A stretch of 64,000 nucleotides of DNA, from NCBI GenBank assembly GCA_017628025.1, contig JAGBZX010000018.1, positions 4,786-68,785 on the forward strand, read 5' to 3'. Each line of letters opens with the position of its first letter. Positions within the stretch are counted from its first letter, which is position 1. The notes under the pieces were generated by a model. That model was not told the DNA's origin. It ran no database searches and saw only the letters and a program-made list of their open reading frames with translations. Shown here one piece after another: positions 1-9,413 of this stretch. The stretch is from Kiritimatiellia bacterium. GTDB lineage: Bacteria > Verrucomicrobiota > Kiritimatiellia > RFP12 > UBA1067. A program made the position numbers and the translations under genes.

Positions 1-190
1 TTGGGGCAACACTTATTTCACGACCTGTAATTTTATAGATATACGAACTAAATTCTTTAGCAGCATATTGCTGAGAAGCACTAGCATCATCTTCCAAAAT
101 GATTGTACATCTCGACAAATCAAGCTCTTTAGAGTGCAGAATTGCCGATTGAAGCAACAACCCAAAAAGAATTGATGTCTTAATTTTCAC
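1..190 (-). CDS. 5' part of a secreted protein that runs off the left edge of the window
   Basis: Minus-strand reading from GTG at 188-190 gives MKIKTSILFGLLLQSAILHSKELDLSRCTIILEDDASASQQYAAKEFSSYIYKITGREISVAP with no stop before position 1. The hydrophobic N-terminus looks like a Sec signal peptide. It is truncated by the window edge and so absent from the ORF track. Confidence 0.35.
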   Translation of the reverse strand, partial: MKIKTSILFGLLLQSAILHSKELDLSRCTIILEDDASASQQYAAKEFSSYIYKITGREISVAP

Positions 191-1237
191 TTATAGTGAT
201 TCCCCGGGAATGAACTCAGGAGGCAAAACGAGATTTATCTCATGCTTTTCATCGCGCAAAAACATAAGTATTTCATCTGCCGCGTCGCGCCCATTTTTAA
301 AAGGATTCATCTGCATTGTCGCTAACTCAATTGACGCACAATGCTCGTTACCCTTATGGGAAAGAACTAAGAGTTTAACATTTGATGGCACATCTATTCT
401 TAAATGCTCAATGGCGGCAACAACACCAGTTGCTAACACATCGTCAGATACAACAATTAGCTCAGGCAACACACCAGCATTGTCGTTGTAATACTTGACA
501 AAGCCATTATAACCTACTCTGCGAACTTGGCCAATAGTAACGGTGTCATGGCTTGAGGGGAAAAGAACTGTCTTTACTGAGATACTAGAATCTTCAAAAC
601 CATGAAGAAGAGGCTTTTCCTCTGTCGCTGGAACCCAAATAAACTGAACAATATCTTTAATTTGCTTTTCCTTGCAATAACTCAAAAGCTTCTCATTGGC
701 CCCATATCGCTCACGCTTAATATAGCCGACACAATAAGGTAGCACACATTGACCATCTCCTACAACCACAAACCTAGCTGCTAAACTATTAAGCCGCTCG
801 GTAACATCTGAAGAAGGCATAAGCGCTACGACTAAACTTACATGTTTATTTAGTGCTTTATCTATACGATCAAGTTTAGCCGCACCATTGTTATCACTAT
901 CAAGAAATAGCGTTGAAACAGAGTAGCCCTTCTCGCTCATCCCTTCTGAAAACGCATTAGCAAACGCACTACCATAATAAGAGCTAATCATACCTGGAAC
1001 AACAATAAGAATATGTCCAAGATATGACCGCTCACTTTGCGAAAGGACTATAGTGCCTAAACGAGGACGAGGCCTAACGTAACCGTCTGCTACTAGATAC
1101 TCAACAACATCAAGGGCGATGCTCATGCTAACACCGAAAATTTCGCGCATATCGCGCAGTGTAGGCAAAACATCGCCAGGCTTATAATACCCCGATTCGA
1201 TGGCGCTAGCAAACCCCATACGAAGCTGCTGCGTCAT
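191..1237 (-). CDS. Transcriptional regulator: GntR-type winged-helix HTH fused to a LacI/periplasmic-binding-protein-type sugar-binding domain
   Basis: The N-terminus MTQQLRMGFASAIESGYYKPGDVLPTLRDMREIFGVSMSIALDVVEYLVADGYVRPRPRLGTIV is a GntR-like HTH. The remainder resembles a PBP type I fold. The track ORF extends to 1423 (TTG) but would overlap the upstream gene by 61 nt. I prefer the ATG at 1237, though no clear SD is present, so the start is uncertain. Confidence 0.65.
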   Translation of the reverse strand: MTQQLRMGFASAIESGYYKPGDVLPTLRDMREIFGVSMSIALDVVEYLVADGYVRPRPRLGTIVLSQSERSYLGHILIVVPGMISSYYGSAFANAFSEGMSEKGYSVSTLFLDSDNNGAAKLDRIDKALNKHVSLVVALMPSSDVTERLNSLAARFVVVGDGQCVLPYCVGYIKRERYGANEKLLSYCKEKQIKDIVQFIWVPATEEKPLLHGFEDSSISVKTVLFPSSHDTVTIGQVRRVGYNGFVKYYNDNAGVLPELIVVSDDVLATGVVAAIEHLRIDVPSNVKLLVLSHKGNEHCASIELATMQMNPFKNGRDAADEILMFLRDEKHEINLVLPPEFIPGESL

Positions 1238-1362
1238 CGAAACGGATGAATCGCGTTCAAGTTTAAAGGGTGGCAACTTCCACGCCAACTTACGTTTGCC
1301 TGGATGCAACTTACCCTCGCCCCTTGCACGCTTTGGTAGCTTGATGTCTTGAATATCTACTT

Positions 1363-2697
1363 TCAAACTAGCTCCCAACCCTTCGCGTATTCTCTGCCCC
1401 ATGCATTCATCGCACGGGAACAATTAATAGGACGGCCTGTCTTGTCATCTATCTCAATATCAGAGCGAATGTCTGCGGCGATATTTGCTAAAAGCGGCAT
1501 TTGTGAACTCATATAGCCTTCATCAGCAGGGTTGAATGTGCCTTGCTTTTGGGCTCTAAGTTTTTCAACAAAATCTGCCATATTAGCAACGTCAAGCTTA
1601 GCCGTTGGATTAGTAAGAGAGCCAACCTTCATATCAGCAGGCGGATAATTACGAATTTCCTTGCCGGCCGCGTCGTAAATTACAACATCATCCTGAAGAC
1701 CAAAGAAGATTGAACCCTTTTCACCATAAACGATGCAACCTGCTTTCATATCATAGTCATTGCGTTTTGGTGTACGGCTCGAAATATCAAACACAATCTG
1801 TTTGCCGCCTGCGTATTCAAACGACATATTGTTTGTGTCAAACCATTCAAAATCATCGTTCTTAGGGAATAGCGTCATCGCGGAGCAAGTAACTCTCCTG
1901 GGGAAGCCAACTCCAAGCGCCCAACGCGAAATATCACTAAAGTGAACGGCGTTATTGCCTGTCTCACCTGTGCCCCAATGACGGAACCAGTGCCAATTAT
2001 AGTGAACAATATTATCCTTAAATTCTTTACGAGGAGCCGGTCCTTGCCAAAGCTCCCAGTCAAGCCACTCTGGAACATTCGCCACTTTTCCGCGACCAAT
2101 AGAGGCGCGCGAGCAAGAACAAAGGCATTTTGCAAATGTAAGTTCGCCAAGAGGCTTTGCCGCACTCTGCGCCCACTCAATCGCTTCACGATAAGTTTTT
2201 GACGCACGTCTCTGAGTACCAATCTGAAGCGTCTTACCAGTCTGCTTCCAAGTTTTGACAAGAATCTCACCTTCTTCTGGACAGAAGCAGCAAGGCTTTT
2301 CAAGATAGACAGACTTACCTGCTCGCATCGCAAGAACTGCTGAATATGCATGCCAATGGTCTGGCGTAACAGAAATAATACCATCGAGTTCCTTGTCTTC
2401 AAGAACTTTACGCAGATCCTTCTCTTTCTTGGGAGCAACGCCAGAAATCTTCTTAACCTGTTCAGCAGCATAATCACGAGCGCGGGCATCAACGTCGCAC
2501 ACATAAGCGATTTCAACGCCTGGCACCTCAAGAGCCGCAAGCATCATACGATTGCCGCGACCCTTGGCGTGACAACCGACAATAGCTAGCCTTACACGAT
2601 TTGAAGGAGCACCAGCTCCAAAAACTCTGTTCGGGCTAGCGATGAAAAACGCACCGCTAGCTGCAGCTGCCTGTAAAAACTGTCTTCTTGTGTTCAT
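1363..2697 (-). CDS. Gfo/Idh/MocA-family NAD(P)-dependent oxidoreductase with a twin-arginine (Tat) signal
   Basis: MNTRRQFLQAAAASGAFFIASP is a Tat-type leader. The Rossmann segment is LAIVGCHAKGRGNRMM..EKPC. An SD (GAGGAAA) lies 8 nt upstream of the ATG. Confidence 0.85.
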   Translation of the reverse strand: MNTRRQFLQAAAASGAFFIASPNRVFGAGAPSNRVRLAIVGCHAKGRGNRMMLAALEVPGVEIAYVCDVDARARDYAAEQVKKISGVAPKKEKDLRKVLEDKELDGIISVTPDHWHAYSAVLAMRAGKSVYLEKPCCFCPEEGEILVKTWKQTGKTLQIGTQRRASKTYREAIEWAQSAAKPLGELTFAKCLCSCSRASIGRGKVANVPEWLDWELWQGPAPRKEFKDNIVHYNWHWFRHWGTGETGNNAVHFSDISRWALGVGFPRRVTCSAMTLFPKNDDFEWFDTNNMSFEYAGGKQIVFDISSRTPKRNDYDMKAGCIVYGEKGSIFFGLQDDVVIYDAAGKEIRNYPPADMKVGSLTNPTAKLDVANMADFVEKLRAQKQGTFNPADEGYMSSQMPLLANIAADIRSDIEIDDKTGRPINCSRAMNAWGREYAKGWELV

Positions 2698-2718
2698 GAT
2701 TTTTCCTCAATACTTAAA

Positions 2719-2856
2719 TTAGCACTCTTCGAATTGATCCTTGCCTACTCCACAGAAAGGGCAGGTCCAATCGCTAGGAAGATCTTCAAAAGCGACATTG
2801 TTATTATTGGCTGGGTCATATACATAACCACAAACCTTGCACACGTATTTCTTCAT
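2719..2856 (-). CDS. Rubredoxin (45 aa)
   Basis: My own translation of the minus strand gives [45 protein letters not shown]. It has the two CxxCG knuckles (CKVCG, CPFCG) and the conserved W. An AAGGAG SD lies 11 nt upstream. It falls below the 60-aa cutoff of the ORF track and sits directly downstream of the flavodiiron gene. Confidence 0.85.
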   Translation of the reverse strand: MKKYVCKVCGYVYDPANNNNVAFEDLPSDWTCPFCGVGKDQFEEC

Positions 2857-2876
2857 ATTTTTGGACTCCTTTCGAT

Positions 2877-4031
2877 TTATTTAAGTATTTCATTAGCAAG
2901 ACGCTCAAGCGCTTGAAATTCTGTTTCTTTAGCCTCGCCTTTAATTGTGACGACTTCAGGCACAAACTCAAGTTCCTGAGCCCCTTCAAACATTGCACGC
3001 ATACATTTAGCAGCTAATGGCGCCCACGACCCATTTTCAATAAGCGCGATTTTGCGACGCTTATATGCTCGTGAAGTAAGGTGATTAATAAATTCACGCA
3101 TAAATGGGAATACACCCATATTATAAGTCGTAGTAGCAAGAATAAGCTTGCCGTATCTAAATGCGTCTTCTATAGCTTCATGCATATCTACACGCGCTAA
3201 ATCATTGACAACAACCTTTGGGCAACCCTTCTCTTTAAGAATATTAGCCAACTTCTCAACTGCTTTAGCTGTATGTCCATACACGGAAGTATAAGCAATC
3301 ATTACGCCAGGCGACTCTACTGCATAAGACGACCATATACTATATTTAGAAATGACATGATTTACCATCTCTAATGTATCATGCACCGGTCCGTGAAGCG
3401 GAAGAATACGAGCAATTTCAAGACTCGACGCCTTCTTTAAAAGCGCTTGAACATGGTCACCAAACTTGCCAACAATCCCGAAATAATAACGCCTTGCTTC
3501 GCAGTCCCATTCATCATCTGGTTTAAATGGTCCGAATCTACCAAAACCATCAGCCGAGAAAAGTGTTTTAGTGCTAGAGTCATAAGTAACTATAACTTCA
3601 GGCCAATGCACCATGGGGGCAGCAACAAAGTTAAGCACATGACCACCTAAATCAAGAGCATCACCTTCTTTAACGACTACTCTGCGCGAGGCATAATCAT
3701 TATCGAAGAAGTTCTTCATCATAGCAAAAGATGGAGCGCTAGAAACTATTTTAGCGTCAGGATAGGCACGAGCAAAAAGATCTATGCATGCAGAGTGATC
3801 GCTCTCCATATGTTGAACGACGAGATAATCGACTCTATCAGTGTTAGCAGATATTTTCTCGAGCCATTCATCAGCCTTTCGCGCATCAACCGTATCCATC
3901 ACTGCAATCTTATCGCCCTTTATAAGATACGAATTGTATGCCATGCCCTGTGGCACTTTAAACTGACCTTCAAAGAGGTCAATATCTAAATCATCAACTC
4001 CAATATAAAATATGTCATCAGTTATCTTCAT
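2877..4031 (-). CDS. Flavodiiron protein (class A; metallo-beta-lactamase-like diiron domain plus flavodoxin domain), O2/NO reductase type
   Basis: Contains the H-x-E-x-D-H diiron motif (HMESDHSA). The C-terminal flavodoxin-like segment is [20 protein letters not shown]. The adjacent rubredoxin is the classical electron donor. Confidence 0.85.
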   Translation of the reverse strand: MKITDDIFYIGVDDLDIDLFEGQFKVPQGMAYNSYLIKGDKIAVMDTVDARKADEWLEKISANTDRVDYLVVQHMESDHSACIDLFARAYPDAKIVSSAPSFAMMKNFFDNDYASRRVVVKEGDALDLGGHVLNFVAAPMVHWPEVIVTYDSSTKTLFSADGFGRFGPFKPDDEWDCEARRYYFGIVGKFGDHVQALLKKASSLEIARILPLHGPVHDTLEMVNHVISKYSIWSSYAVESPGVMIAYTSVYGHTAKAVEKLANILKEKGCPKVVVNDLARVDMHEAIEDAFRYGKLILATTTYNMGVFPFMREFINHLTSRAYKRRKIALIENGSWAPLAAKCMRAMFEGAQELEFVPEVVTIKGEAKETEFQALERLANEILK

Positions 4032-4040
4032 AGCAGTTGT

Positions 4041-4069
4041 ATTATAGCAAAAATACGGTATTAACGAAA
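4041..4069 (-). promoter_or_regulatory. Candidate extended -10 promoter of the flavodiiron/rubredoxin operon, giving a nearly leaderless mRNA
   Basis: The minus strand reads TGCTATAAT (TGn + TATAAT, 4041-4049). Only 9 nt (ACAACTGCT, no SD) separate the -10 box from the ATG at 4031. The -35 position reads TTTCGT, which is weak. Confidence 0.3.
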
Positions 4070-4122
4070 CTACTCTTTTTATAAAACTTTTAGTATACTA
4101 CAACCTCCAGTATACGCATAAG

Positions 4123-4421
4123 GGCAAAAACCACTCGTTCGCAATCCCTACGGACAAGGTCTCAGACTTCAAGGCCGCCGTTGCCTCCGGAAAGAAGCTG
4201 CGGGAACTCGTGCTCGAACTCTCGCTCACGAACGCCCGCGAGATTGCCTCAACCGAAACCCCTCTAACATAGGGCAACGCTTCAAGCAATCTGGCATGAT
4301 ATGGTCTCTCAAAGGCGCGAAGGCACTAATCCCGCTACGCACGCTTTATAAGTCGAACCGCCTGGAGCAATTTTTCGCATACCTCATAAAGGATCTGAAG
4401 CAGGTCGACTGCGCAGCATAA
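4123..4421 (+). pseudogene. C-terminal remnant of an IS transposase (ISKra4-like tail), frame-disrupted
   Basis: Plus-strand 4275-4421 translates to QRFKQSGMIWSLKGAKALIPLRTLYKSNRLEQFFAYLIKDLKQVDCAA*. The segment SGM-W-S--GA-A----R resembles the conserved C-terminal tail of ISKra4-type transposases as I recall them. 4123-4272 is open in another frame (GKNHSFAIPTDKVSDFKAAVASGKKLRELVLELSLTNAREIAS..) and ends in TAG. No N-terminal part is present. The GC content is locally elevated. Confidence 0.45.
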
Positions 4422-4506
4422 ACTACTCTGTCACAAAGTCAAAATGTCATTGGTTCTGCATAAAAATCTCGTTGCACCCTGGCAATATCTATTTCTGGTG
4501 GAACAC

Positions 4507-7500
4507 TTATCTGATCATTACTTGGAAACCTTCCGGCCAGACAATTTTTCCACCGTCGCCAGTTACGATTGTATTCGCCGCGATACGCTCCTCGTAATTC
4601 CCGCCTGTCCAACCTTTACCACCTTTATGGTCACGCGAAAGAAGTTTTATTTTACTCGAATTCAAATAAACCTTTGCGTTTGATGCCTTTAAAACCATAT
4701 CCTTCAACACAAGGGTAGATCCAATCTTCCATGTATCATTCTTGACCGTTATAGAATTACCACCAGAAATAATTACACGAACCTTTCTGTATTCCGAAAG
4801 ATTATCATTGGACATAGGAATATAAACCGTTCCTGAAGTATTATACGCTTGGTCGATAAATAGCTCCCCAACGCCTGAACCATCCTCTCGGTAGTATGTT
4901 CCGCCTGTATATCCACCTGCACTAATGGATACCCCATAATCACTCCATCCAATGCGCTCAGTTTGGTAAATCGCAATTCTTCCAGCAGAAGAATGCTGCG
5001 CCCAACCATCACCAGCCGTCGATCGAACTGAAATTGAACCAGCACCTTTTACACTAGCTCCAGAAACCCATACACTTCCGCCAGTACCAGGAGCATAACT
5101 AACAACCGACGAGCCAGCTTTTATTTCGCAATCCAACACGACATGCCCATCTGCAATTAGCCTAAATGCGCCGCCGCCGTGTGCACCAGCCGCATAACCA
5201 TGAGATCCCAAAGAAAATGGATGCAATATTGATCCGTATGGTTTATTACCTGCTTGAGACCCCAATCCTGCAAAAGCAGAGCCGCCCGTACCGCCTGCAG
5301 TCCTCCCTGGACCAATCGCGCCACTACCAAAGCCTTTATTCTCAATATTTACCGAAGAACCAGCCTCTAAAGTCGCATCACCTGCAACTTCAAAGTTGAG
5401 CTTATACACCTCCTTATTACCAGAAGTAGTCGCACCGTGCGTCAATGTTACCCCTCTTTCAAGAAGAAAATCTCCATCGATTTCGTTAGGGCTCGCCCAA
5501 TAACCGAAAGAGCACGTCGCTCCAGAGAGCATATAAAGCCCTCCTGCGATATCATGCTTATAATTCGACGTGAAATTAACCGTTCCACCGTCGCCGCCAA
5601 TGACGATTTCTCCTGTTGCTAAGTTACTAGACGTATTGACGGTCCAAGTTACGCCTGATGCAGGACATATACAAATCTGTGTTTCTGCTTGCGGAACTAT
5701 CCCGTTCGCCCAACAAGACTCAGTCGAAAACCCTGTCCCGCCGCCAATCCATTCTGCGGCAGCCGCAGGAGAAAAGTCGCAATTAAGGCTATTCCCGTTG
5801 CCATCGGTAGAAAGCGCCCCGAGTTTGATATCCGCGCCCAAAGACGCGTCGCAATTCGATAGAACTACGCCTCTCAGATGCTGCGGACCTGTAACTTTCA
5901 AATTCCATGGACCAGTCGAGCCAACTGAAAGCACATGGTCATACGCGCCGCTCTCTCCGACAAGACCGAAAAGCGAAAGATGATATACCTCTACAGTCTG
6001 TCCCGCGGCAAACGCGAGCGATAGGGGATTGGTCACGCGAGAAAGGAAGTGCCGCGCCTTAAAGCCGTTTTCAAACTCAATCGACCCGCCAGATTTAGCC
6101 ACAGTTATCCGCGAATACGAATTATTCCCCAAATCCACTTTCTGATAGCCGTCACCTTCAAACTTCAGAACATCATCCACCCCGAATGTCATCGTACCCA
6201 AAGACGAAAAGGCGTTTGTGACGATAAGATCTCCTCCTGAAAGCGTAATTGCCGCGCCCGCTTCATTCGTGAGCGAGTTCACGACTGTGTTGTTCGCTAT
6301 CAATGGATAACGATCGCGACCGCTAGGAATTAAAATACAATTCTCTTCATTCGGAACCATCATAGGATTCCAATTGCCAGCGTCAGTCCACGATGTACTT
6401 ATGTTACCAGTCCACTCAACAAGATCGCCAGGCTTTGAAGATGCCATAATTGACCAACCGATATTGTTGCCCAAGTCAACTCCGTCTTCATCAAGCGGCA
6501 TCATACCGGACGAAGCGTCAGAATCTTTTACATCACAATAAGAGATTGATACCGTCGCATCTGGCTCAATGGAAAGTTGCCACTGCGAATCGTCCGTCTT
6601 TGAGAGAAGATTAATTGCATTGCCCTCTTCACCCGCGAGTGATAAACTTCCTTTAGAAAGAATGGTTGTTTTGTTTCCTGATCCTTCCCCGAAGCGGATC
6701 GTCTTTCCGGGGGTTGTACAAGACAACGAAAAGAATTTGTTCGCGCCTTCAATTACAGCATCTTCGGGCCCCTCGAAAGTAACCTTCGACCCCTCCTCGC
6801 AACTAAACTTCCCCTTCAGAGTGCAAAGGCGCTTCGTTATCCTAAGATTTGCACCACTTGGAAGTTTTAAATGTGCACCATTAGTAACGATAACTGTCCC
6901 GAACACCTCGTTGCGGTCAATAACAAGTGAATCCATAGAAGTAGCACAATAATAGCTAGTTGGAGTAATATTACCGCTATCAATTAAAAGCGTACCCTCC
7001 CCATACACGTCACCGGCATGTTCAAGATATATCGTTCCACATCCAGCTTTCGTCGTGGCGCAACCATACGCCTTTACGGAGCCTTTGAATGCGTCGAACG
7101 AGTCTGCCACGGATTGGCGTATTGAAATACGACCGCCACCAGCGCCCGAAGAGCTCGTAACGCGTCCAGCCGATGCATCTATTGTTCCTTTACCAGAGAT
7201 AGAGCCGACTTTTAAGTATATACTCCCGCCAGTGCCGTTGTAGTAGTTCAAGCCCGCCTTACTAAGGACAGAAATCGTCCCATCAACTACTAGTTCACCA
7301 GCCACCTCAAGATACACTGCTCCGCCAGCCTTATATGACTCATTATTCCCACTATTTCCAGCGCCTCCCAAATCCTTCGGTTCACGTATAGACCCCCAAC
7401 AGCGCCTACTGGTAAGTTGATTACTATGACCTCCTACACCACCATAAGCAGGTTGATTAACGAGGTTACCTGTACCTATAGAACCGAAAGTTGCTCCATC

Positions 7501-9243
7501 AAAAGGCCCCTTCAAATCACCATTGACGCTGGCTCCAGAAGCTATATTCATCGTAGAGCACTTAAGACAAAGTTTGTACTGATTAGACTTGTTATTGTTA
7601 ATGCGGTGCGTCAATGTAGCGCCGCGAGCAACAGTTACCTTGCCAGCGACCTTGTTTAACTCAACTCCGTTACAGAAATTAACCGTTGGGTAAGCTTTTC
7701 CTTCGCCGCCGCCCACAATAAATTCGCCAATGTCCAAAGGTGAATTCACCGTAACGGTATAAGCCGAAGCCTTATTAGGCAGTATTACAATGGAATTTGC
7801 GCCAGGAACAACACCAAGACTCCAATTGGCGGCATCTTCGAAATTACCCGAGCCGCCCGTCCATATATTAAGTTCATCCGATGCAATGCTTGAGCAGGTA
7901 ATGGAGCACTGCGATTCAACAACAGGAATATCAAAAGATATTGAGGAATTATCCATTTCATTCATTACCGCGCCTGCTGGCAAGTTACCCCAAGTGAAGT
8001 ATGCATGATCTCCCTCTGATACATTGCGCGCGTATACCGTCACATTAGACGTTGCAAAGACATTAGGAAGTTGAATTGAAGAACCCCAATTCTCGCCATC
8101 AAAAGAAAATTCCGTATTTTCATCGCTAGATGACACAGCAAGATTAAACCTCGCCGCTTTACAAGTAATTTCAAGATCTTCTGGCGGGTTTTTAAATTGA
8201 ACTTGAGAATTGTTCTTATCAAGGAATTCAGCATCTGAGGGAAGCCCAGACCAGATAAAATGCGCTCCTTCAAAAACTGAATTTTGAGCTTTGATGGTAA
8301 CGGTAGAGGCATTTTCTACATCGTCTGCAACAATACTCGAGTGCCATGTTTCGCCATCGAAAGAAAGTTCCGTCTCGCTGTCAGCCGCCGAACAAGCAAC
8401 CGTTGTCTTAACACCAATTCCGAGAAAACGCTCTCTGTCAATTGCAAGGTTTGTGGCAATTTCCTCTGCGGTCAACTCCCTATTATAAAACCTTATGGCA
8501 TAAAGTCGCATTTTAGCACTAGTATTATTTGCCGCGCAACCAAGCCACACCGTATTCTTTGTGGGATCTGTCGATCCACCTTTGTTAGTGAGAATTACAT
8601 CTCCATCATCAATACTAAGGCTGGCACCTGTAGTAGAATTGATTCTTATGTTAAGTAAAATATCCTTATTTATGTATGATGATGTACTAATGCTAGGACA
8701 TGCCGACGCTTTGCCTGGGAAACTGGTACCATTTCTATACTGAAGGCCTCCTATTGCCCCATTCTTACAAATTGTATTATCTTCTCTTTGGTCGAGAATA
8801 AGTTGGCGGTAATTATTGCCGCCACCGACGGAAAGATAACCGCTAAACTTTAAATATGCTTCTGGCCGCACAAAAATCTGCACTGTCATCGCCTTATCTT
8901 TTAAAGCAGTTAAGATCGGGGCACTTGCTATCGAATAATACGCTTTAGCTCCTGCACCAGCAAAAGAAAGATATGTATCTTTTATAGATATGGTACCCGA
9001 CTTCGATGCTCCTGATCCAGAAACGATATCTTTCCATGTAGTGGCGGAAGCATTATGGATATCTCCTTGTTCGGCACTCCAGCCTGCATTCGCAATTGCA
9101 TCAAACTGAGCGATAAGTCCGTCTTGCACATAGTTCTTAACCGTCTTATCACCGTATGCAAGCACATTATTAGCCGTAAAGATAAGTATAATCCCTATAG
9201 CAAACCTACTCACAGAACAAAAGGATTTTATGATATTATTCAT
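4507..9243 (-). CDS. Giant secreted surface protein (1578 aa): signal peptide, LamG/concanavalin-like domain, two Ig-like repeats, and duplicated beta-helix-type modules
   Basis: The signal peptide ends ..NNVLA/YGD. The LamG-like region spans aa 35-275 (YVQDGLIAQFDAIANAG..RLYAIRFYNRELTAEEI). Two ~85-aa tandem repeats cover aa 277-450. Modules begin W-x-G-G-x-G-x-F...NW..G-x-VP at aa 460, 944 and 1165. The C-terminus is ..EGFQVMIR. An SD (AAAGGAAGAG) precedes the ATG. Confidence 0.9.
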   Translation of the reverse strand: MNNIIKSFCSVSRFAIGIILIFTANNVLAYGDKTVKNYVQDGLIAQFDAIANAGWSAEQGDIHNASATTWKDIVSGSGASKSGTISIKDTYLSFAGAGAKAYYSIASAPILTALKDKAMTVQIFVRPEAYLKFSGYLSVGGGNNYRQLILDQREDNTICKNGAIGGLQYRNGTSFPGKASACPSISTSSYINKDILLNIRINSTTGASLSIDDGDVILTNKGGSTDPTKNTVWLGCAANNTSAKMRLYAIRFYNRELTAEEIATNLAIDRERFLGIGVKTTVACSAADSETELSFDGETWHSSIVADDVENASTVTIKAQNSVFEGAHFIWSGLPSDAEFLDKNNSQVQFKNPPEDLEITCKAARFNLAVSSSDENTEFSFDGENWGSSIQLPNVFATSNVTVYARNVSEGDHAYFTWGNLPAGAVMNEMDNSSISFDIPVVESQCSITCSSIASDELNIWTGGSGNFEDAANWSLGVVPGANSIVILPNKASAYTVTVNSPLDIGEFIVGGGEGKAYPTVNFCNGVELNKVAGKVTVARGATLTHRINNNKSNQYKLCLKCSTMNIASGASVNGDLKGPFDGATFGSIGTGNLVNQPAYGGVGGHSNQLTSRRCWGSIREPKDLGGAGNSGNNESYKAGGAVYLEVAGELVVDGTISVLSKAGLNYYNGTGGSIYLKVGSISGKGTIDASAGRVTSSSGAGGGRISIRQSVADSFDAFKGSVKAYGCATTKAGCGTIYLEHAGDVYGEGTLLIDSGNITPTSYYCATSMDSLVIDRNEVFGTVIVTNGAHLKLPSGANLRITKRLCTLKGKFSCEEGSKVTFEGPEDAVIEGANKFFSLSCTTPGKTIRFGEGSGNKTTILSKGSLSLAGEEGNAINLLSKTDDSQWQLSIEPDATVSISYCDVKDSDASSGMMPLDEDGVDLGNNIGWSIMASSKPGDLVEWTGNISTSWTDAGNWNPMMVPNEENCILIPSGRDRYPLIANNTVVNSLTNEAGAAITLSGGDLIVTNAFSSLGTMTFGVDDVLKFEGDGYQKVDLGNNSYSRITVAKSGGSIEFENGFKARHFLSRVTNPLSLAFAAGQTVEVYHLSLFGLVGESGAYDHVLSVGSTGPWNLKVTGPQHLRGVVLSNCDASLGADIKLGALSTDGNGNSLNCDFSPAAAAEWIGGGTGFSTESCWANGIVPQAETQICICPASGVTWTVNTSSNLATGEIVIGGDGGTVNFTSNYKHDIAGGLYMLSGATCSFGYWASPNEIDGDFLLERGVTLTHGATTSGNKEVYKLNFEVAGDATLEAGSSVNIENKGFGSGAIGPGRTAGGTGGSAFAGLGSQAGNKPYGSILHPFSLGSHGYAAGAHGGGAFRLIADGHVVLDCEIKAGSSVVSYAPGTGGSVWVSGASVKGAGSISVRSTAGDGWAQHSSAGRIAIYQTERIGWSDYGVSISAGGYTGGTYYREDGSGVGELFIDQAYNTSGTVYIPMSNDNLSEYRKVRVIISGGNSITVKNDTWKIGSTLVLKDMVLKASNAKVYLNSSKIKLLSRDHKGGKGWTGGNYEERIAANTIVTGDGGKIVWPEGFQVMIR

Positions 9244-9276
9244 TATCTCTTCCTTTATAATATATTATTTTGTTAA

Positions 9277-9306
9277 ATTATAGCATTTACCCCCCCCCCC
9301 TGTCAA
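9277..9306 (-). promoter_or_regulatory. Sigma70-type promoter with a G11 homopolymer in the spacer (candidate phase-variable promoter of the giant protein gene)
   Basis: The minus strand reads TTGACA (9301-9306), G x11 (9290-9300), TAAATGC, then TATAAT (9277-9282). The spacer is 18 nt and TGC-TATAAT forms an extended -10. The promoter lies 34 nt upstream of the ATG. Confidence 0.7.
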
Positions 9307-9413
9307 ACGCTTTCTTCAAAAGTAGCTTTTTCTTGCTGCTTTTCTTACCGTTGTGCGCATCTCGCGCTTACAACATGATAGGAGATGATGAGCTTCTTGA
9401 TCCTCAAAAACTA

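Noticed and set aside
1238-1423. Longer N-terminus (TTG at 1423) for the GntR/LacI-type regulator.
   Set aside because: It would overlap the upstream CDS by 61 nt, and the added 62 residues precede the start of the winged-helix domain. The true start remains uncertain, because no clear SD precedes the ATG at 1237 either.
1760-2589. Alternative-frame and antisense ORFs inside the Tat-oxidoreductase gene (1760-1945, 1875-2540, 1942-2202, 2350-2589).
   Set aside because: They are fully nested in a well-supported Gfo/Idh/MocA CDS. Their products are basic and low-complexity, with no recognisable motifs.
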